From the NCBI GenBank assembly GCA_964583975.1, contig CAZOXU010000001.1:227552-291551 (forward strand): DNA of 64,000 nucleotides, given 5' to 3'. Under the pieces are notes generated by a model that saw only the letters and a program-made list of their open reading frames with translations, was not told where the DNA came from and searched no databases. Below, one piece after another: positions 62,199 to 64,000 of the stretch. The DNA is from an uncultured Planctomycetales bacterium (GTDB lineage: Bacteria > Omnitrophota > Gorgyraeia > Zapsychrales > Fredricksoniimonadaceae). Each line of letters begins with the position of its first letter. Positions within the stretch are counted from its first letter, which is position 1. A program made the translations under genes and the position numbers.

Positions 62199-63914
62199 AT
62201 GCCCCATCAAACTACCAAAGCCTTTGATGCCTTTCTCCTGCGCGCCTGCGTAAGCGTTCTTTTATTGCGTTTGCTTCTGACAAATCTCCTGCCTGATGAT
62301 TATATCTATATCAAAGATCGATTAGCGGACATGGTTGTTGCTGGCGCGATCTTTGTCTTATTTTTAGTTTTTACTATTAAGAAATCCAAAGATAAGACTA
62401 ACCCCTTTCAAAGCAATTTCAATCTACCTATATGGTTACTGCTGCTGGCTTGCTGGTCATCTCTCATCCACTCTGCTGATTTCTCTCAATCCTTATATTT
62501 CGTGATTCCCTTAACAGCCTATGTTTTATTCTTCTATCTTTTAGTTGATGTTTTAAAAACACCTCAATCCTTACGCACCTTTTGGTCTTATTTTATTCCC
62601 TGCATTATTGTAGTAATCATTTTTGCGTTCTGGGAATATTTTGTTCTGACCAATCCAGATCTTCCTACCCCCAAATCTTTTGGGCCCTTGCTCTACAAAC
62701 GCATTGGTTCACTCTTTCAACTACCAAATGTATTGGCCGGCTTTCTGATGTTAAGTATTCCCTTTATATGGACGAGCATTATCTTAACTAAGCAAAGTTT
62801 GAAGCGACGTTTATTAATAGCATTATTGGTAGCCACCCTCCTTACCTTTTTGATGACACTGTCCTTTCTTTGCACTCTTAATTTCCTCATTACAACGGCT
62901 TTGCTATCTCCTTTGTTTTTAAAAGAATGGTTTAAAAAAGACATTAACAAAAATGTTTTCTTAATTATCCTCCTATCGATCGTCGCTTTCTTTATTCTGA
63001 TTATTTCGATTCGCCCCGATCTTTCTTTCACAGCTCGATGGGAGTATTTAACGACAGCCTTTAAACTTCTTAAAGATAATCCGTGGACAGGCTGGGGCAT
63101 TAATACCTTTGATATTGTGAACCGTCAATATGTTAACTATACCTTAGGCTACAGCGCCTATGTTCATAACAGTTATCTTCAGCTTTGGATCGAAGCAGGA
63201 TTTCTAGCAGTGGTTGCGATTGTCTTATTAATCATAACCTTTATTAAAAATGCCCGCCAAGCACTGGCTCGGGTGCATGATTCCAACCAGAGAATGATTC
63301 TGGTAGCAACAATCTGGGCCTTAAGTAACTTTTTTATCGACAATCTCACCAACTTTACCATGCTGCGTCCCAGTATTGCTTTATTTTGGTGGAGTTCTTT
63401 AGCAATTTTTTCTGTCTTAAGCTACCCAGGCGAGTCAGTCTCCAAATCCACTGGTAAAAATCGCAGCGGCAAATTTGCCATCCTTGTAGTGGGACTCGTT
63501 GTTTTATTGAGCGTGGTCGTCTCTTTACTACTATCAATGATTAATTACCGGCAAGGAATGCTGAGTCTTATGCGTAATGATTTAACGGCTGCTGAAACCT
63601 TCTTTAAGCAGTCAGAGAAGTTGAATCCTACCGACTTTTACTGCGCCTCAGCCTCAGGATTTGTTAATATCCGACAATACCTAGCAACCAGAAACATTGA
63701 GTATCTTGCTCCAGCTACAAAAAATTTTGAGCGGGCTACCCGCCTGTCTCCTTACTCTGATCGCAGTTACGAAATTCTCAGCAATATTGCCTTAGAGCAA
63801 GGAGATCAAATCAAAGCCAAGGAATACCATCTTAAAGCCGTTAGCCTTTCTGCGTATGCCTATCATTTTAAAGAACGCTTTAAGAATAACAATGCCATAA
63901 ACAGTAGCAAATAA
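62199..63914 (+). CDS. O-antigen ligase/polymerase-like membrane protein (Wzy_C) fused to a C-terminal TPR-like domain
   Basis: Multi-TM. YVHNSYLQLWIEAGFLAVV Wzy_C motif. C-terminal helical repeats (..LNPTDFYCASASGF..YEILSNIALEQGDQIKAKEY..). Confidence 0.6.
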   Translation: MPHQTTKAFDAFLLRACVSVLLLRLLLTNLLPDDYIYIKDRLADMVVAGAIFVLFLVFTIKKSKDKTNPFQSNFNLPIWLLLLACWSSLIHSADFSQSLYFVIPLTAYVLFFYLLVDVLKTPQSLRTFWSYFIPCIIVVIIFAFWEYFVLTNPDLPTPKSFGPLLYKRIGSLFQLPNVLAGFLMLSIPFIWTSIILTKQSLKRRLLIALLVATLLTFLMTLSFLCTLNFLITTALLSPLFLKEWFKKDINKNVFLIILLSIVAFFILIISIRPDLSFTARWEYLTTAFKLLKDNPWTGWGINTFDIVNRQYVNYTLGYSAYVHNSYLQLWIEAGFLAVVAIVLLIITFIKNARQALARVHDSNQRMILVATIWALSNFFIDNLTNFTMLRPSIALFWWSSLAIFSVLSYPGESVSKSTGKNRSGKFAILVVGLVVLLSVVVSLLLSMINYRQGMLSLMRNDLTAAETFFKQSEKLNPTDFYCASASGFVNIRQYLATRNIEYLAPATKNFERATRLSPYSDRSYEILSNIALEQGDQIKAKEYHLKAVSLSAYAYHFKERFKNNNAINSSK

Positions 63915-64000
63915 TACCCTAGCACCTTCCATAAACTCAAATGGTAAACATAAAAATATGCCCCTGGAATTTGAGCAAAGGTAGAAATTAGAATAAGAAT

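Overview
AT-rich bacterial chromosome segment (roughly high-30s % GC by eye), gene-dense, with 60 of ~62 genes on the minus strand. An outer-membrane LptD gene and type IV pilin-like genes point to a diderm organism, possibly from an uncultivated lineage. Contents from start to end: (i) a radical-SAM cassette (139-aa unknown protein, radical SAM enzyme with an N-terminal extension, a small Lys-rich/hydrophobic peptide, and a partial secreted Cys-containing protein) and an APC-family amino-acid permease. (ii) A type IV pilus minor-pilin / PilX-like cluster. (iii) A membrane PAS-GGDEF-EAL sensor next to a tandem-receiver response regulator. (iv) A carbamoyltransferase with SxtJ-like and SxtK/DUF5989-like companions (the 52-aa SxtK-like ORF is absent from the ORF track), a GH1 glycosidase and a Wzx flippase. 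(v) Two tandem GalT-like HIT proteins, fmt, and a PriA with degenerate helicase motifs. (vi) A ~24 kb single-strand LPS/envelope-glycan cluster: GT28, GmhB, GT2, O-antigen ligase, two DegT aminotransferases, GT9 heptosyltransferase, GT4, HddA/HddC-like heptose activation, a B12-binding radical SAM, a split TPP-dependent E1/transketolase-like pair, a GDP-fucose-synthase-like gene, UXS, two UDP-sugar dehydrogenases and LptD. (vii) A ROK kinase, two GGDEF cyclases, an orphan MalK-like ATPase, AccD, DUF1015 and FmdB. (viii) A heat-shock supercluster: DnaJ, DnaK, GrpE, HrcA, DJ-1, an exported Hsp20-domain protein, an N-domain-less ClpB and a cytosolic Hsp20 under a near-perfect CIRCE operator. (ix) An O-antigen-ligase/TPR fusion. 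The most notable non-coding signal is a family of five GC-rich 28-nt hairpin repeats (TGTACGG-stem-loop-stem-CCCCTAC) with compensatory stem changes, each placed within about 10 nt of one gene's stop and shortly upstream of the next gene's ribosome-binding site. A 74-nt imperfect palindrome also sits between hsp20 and clpB. No CRISPR arrays, rRNA/tRNA genes, transposases or integrases were recognised.
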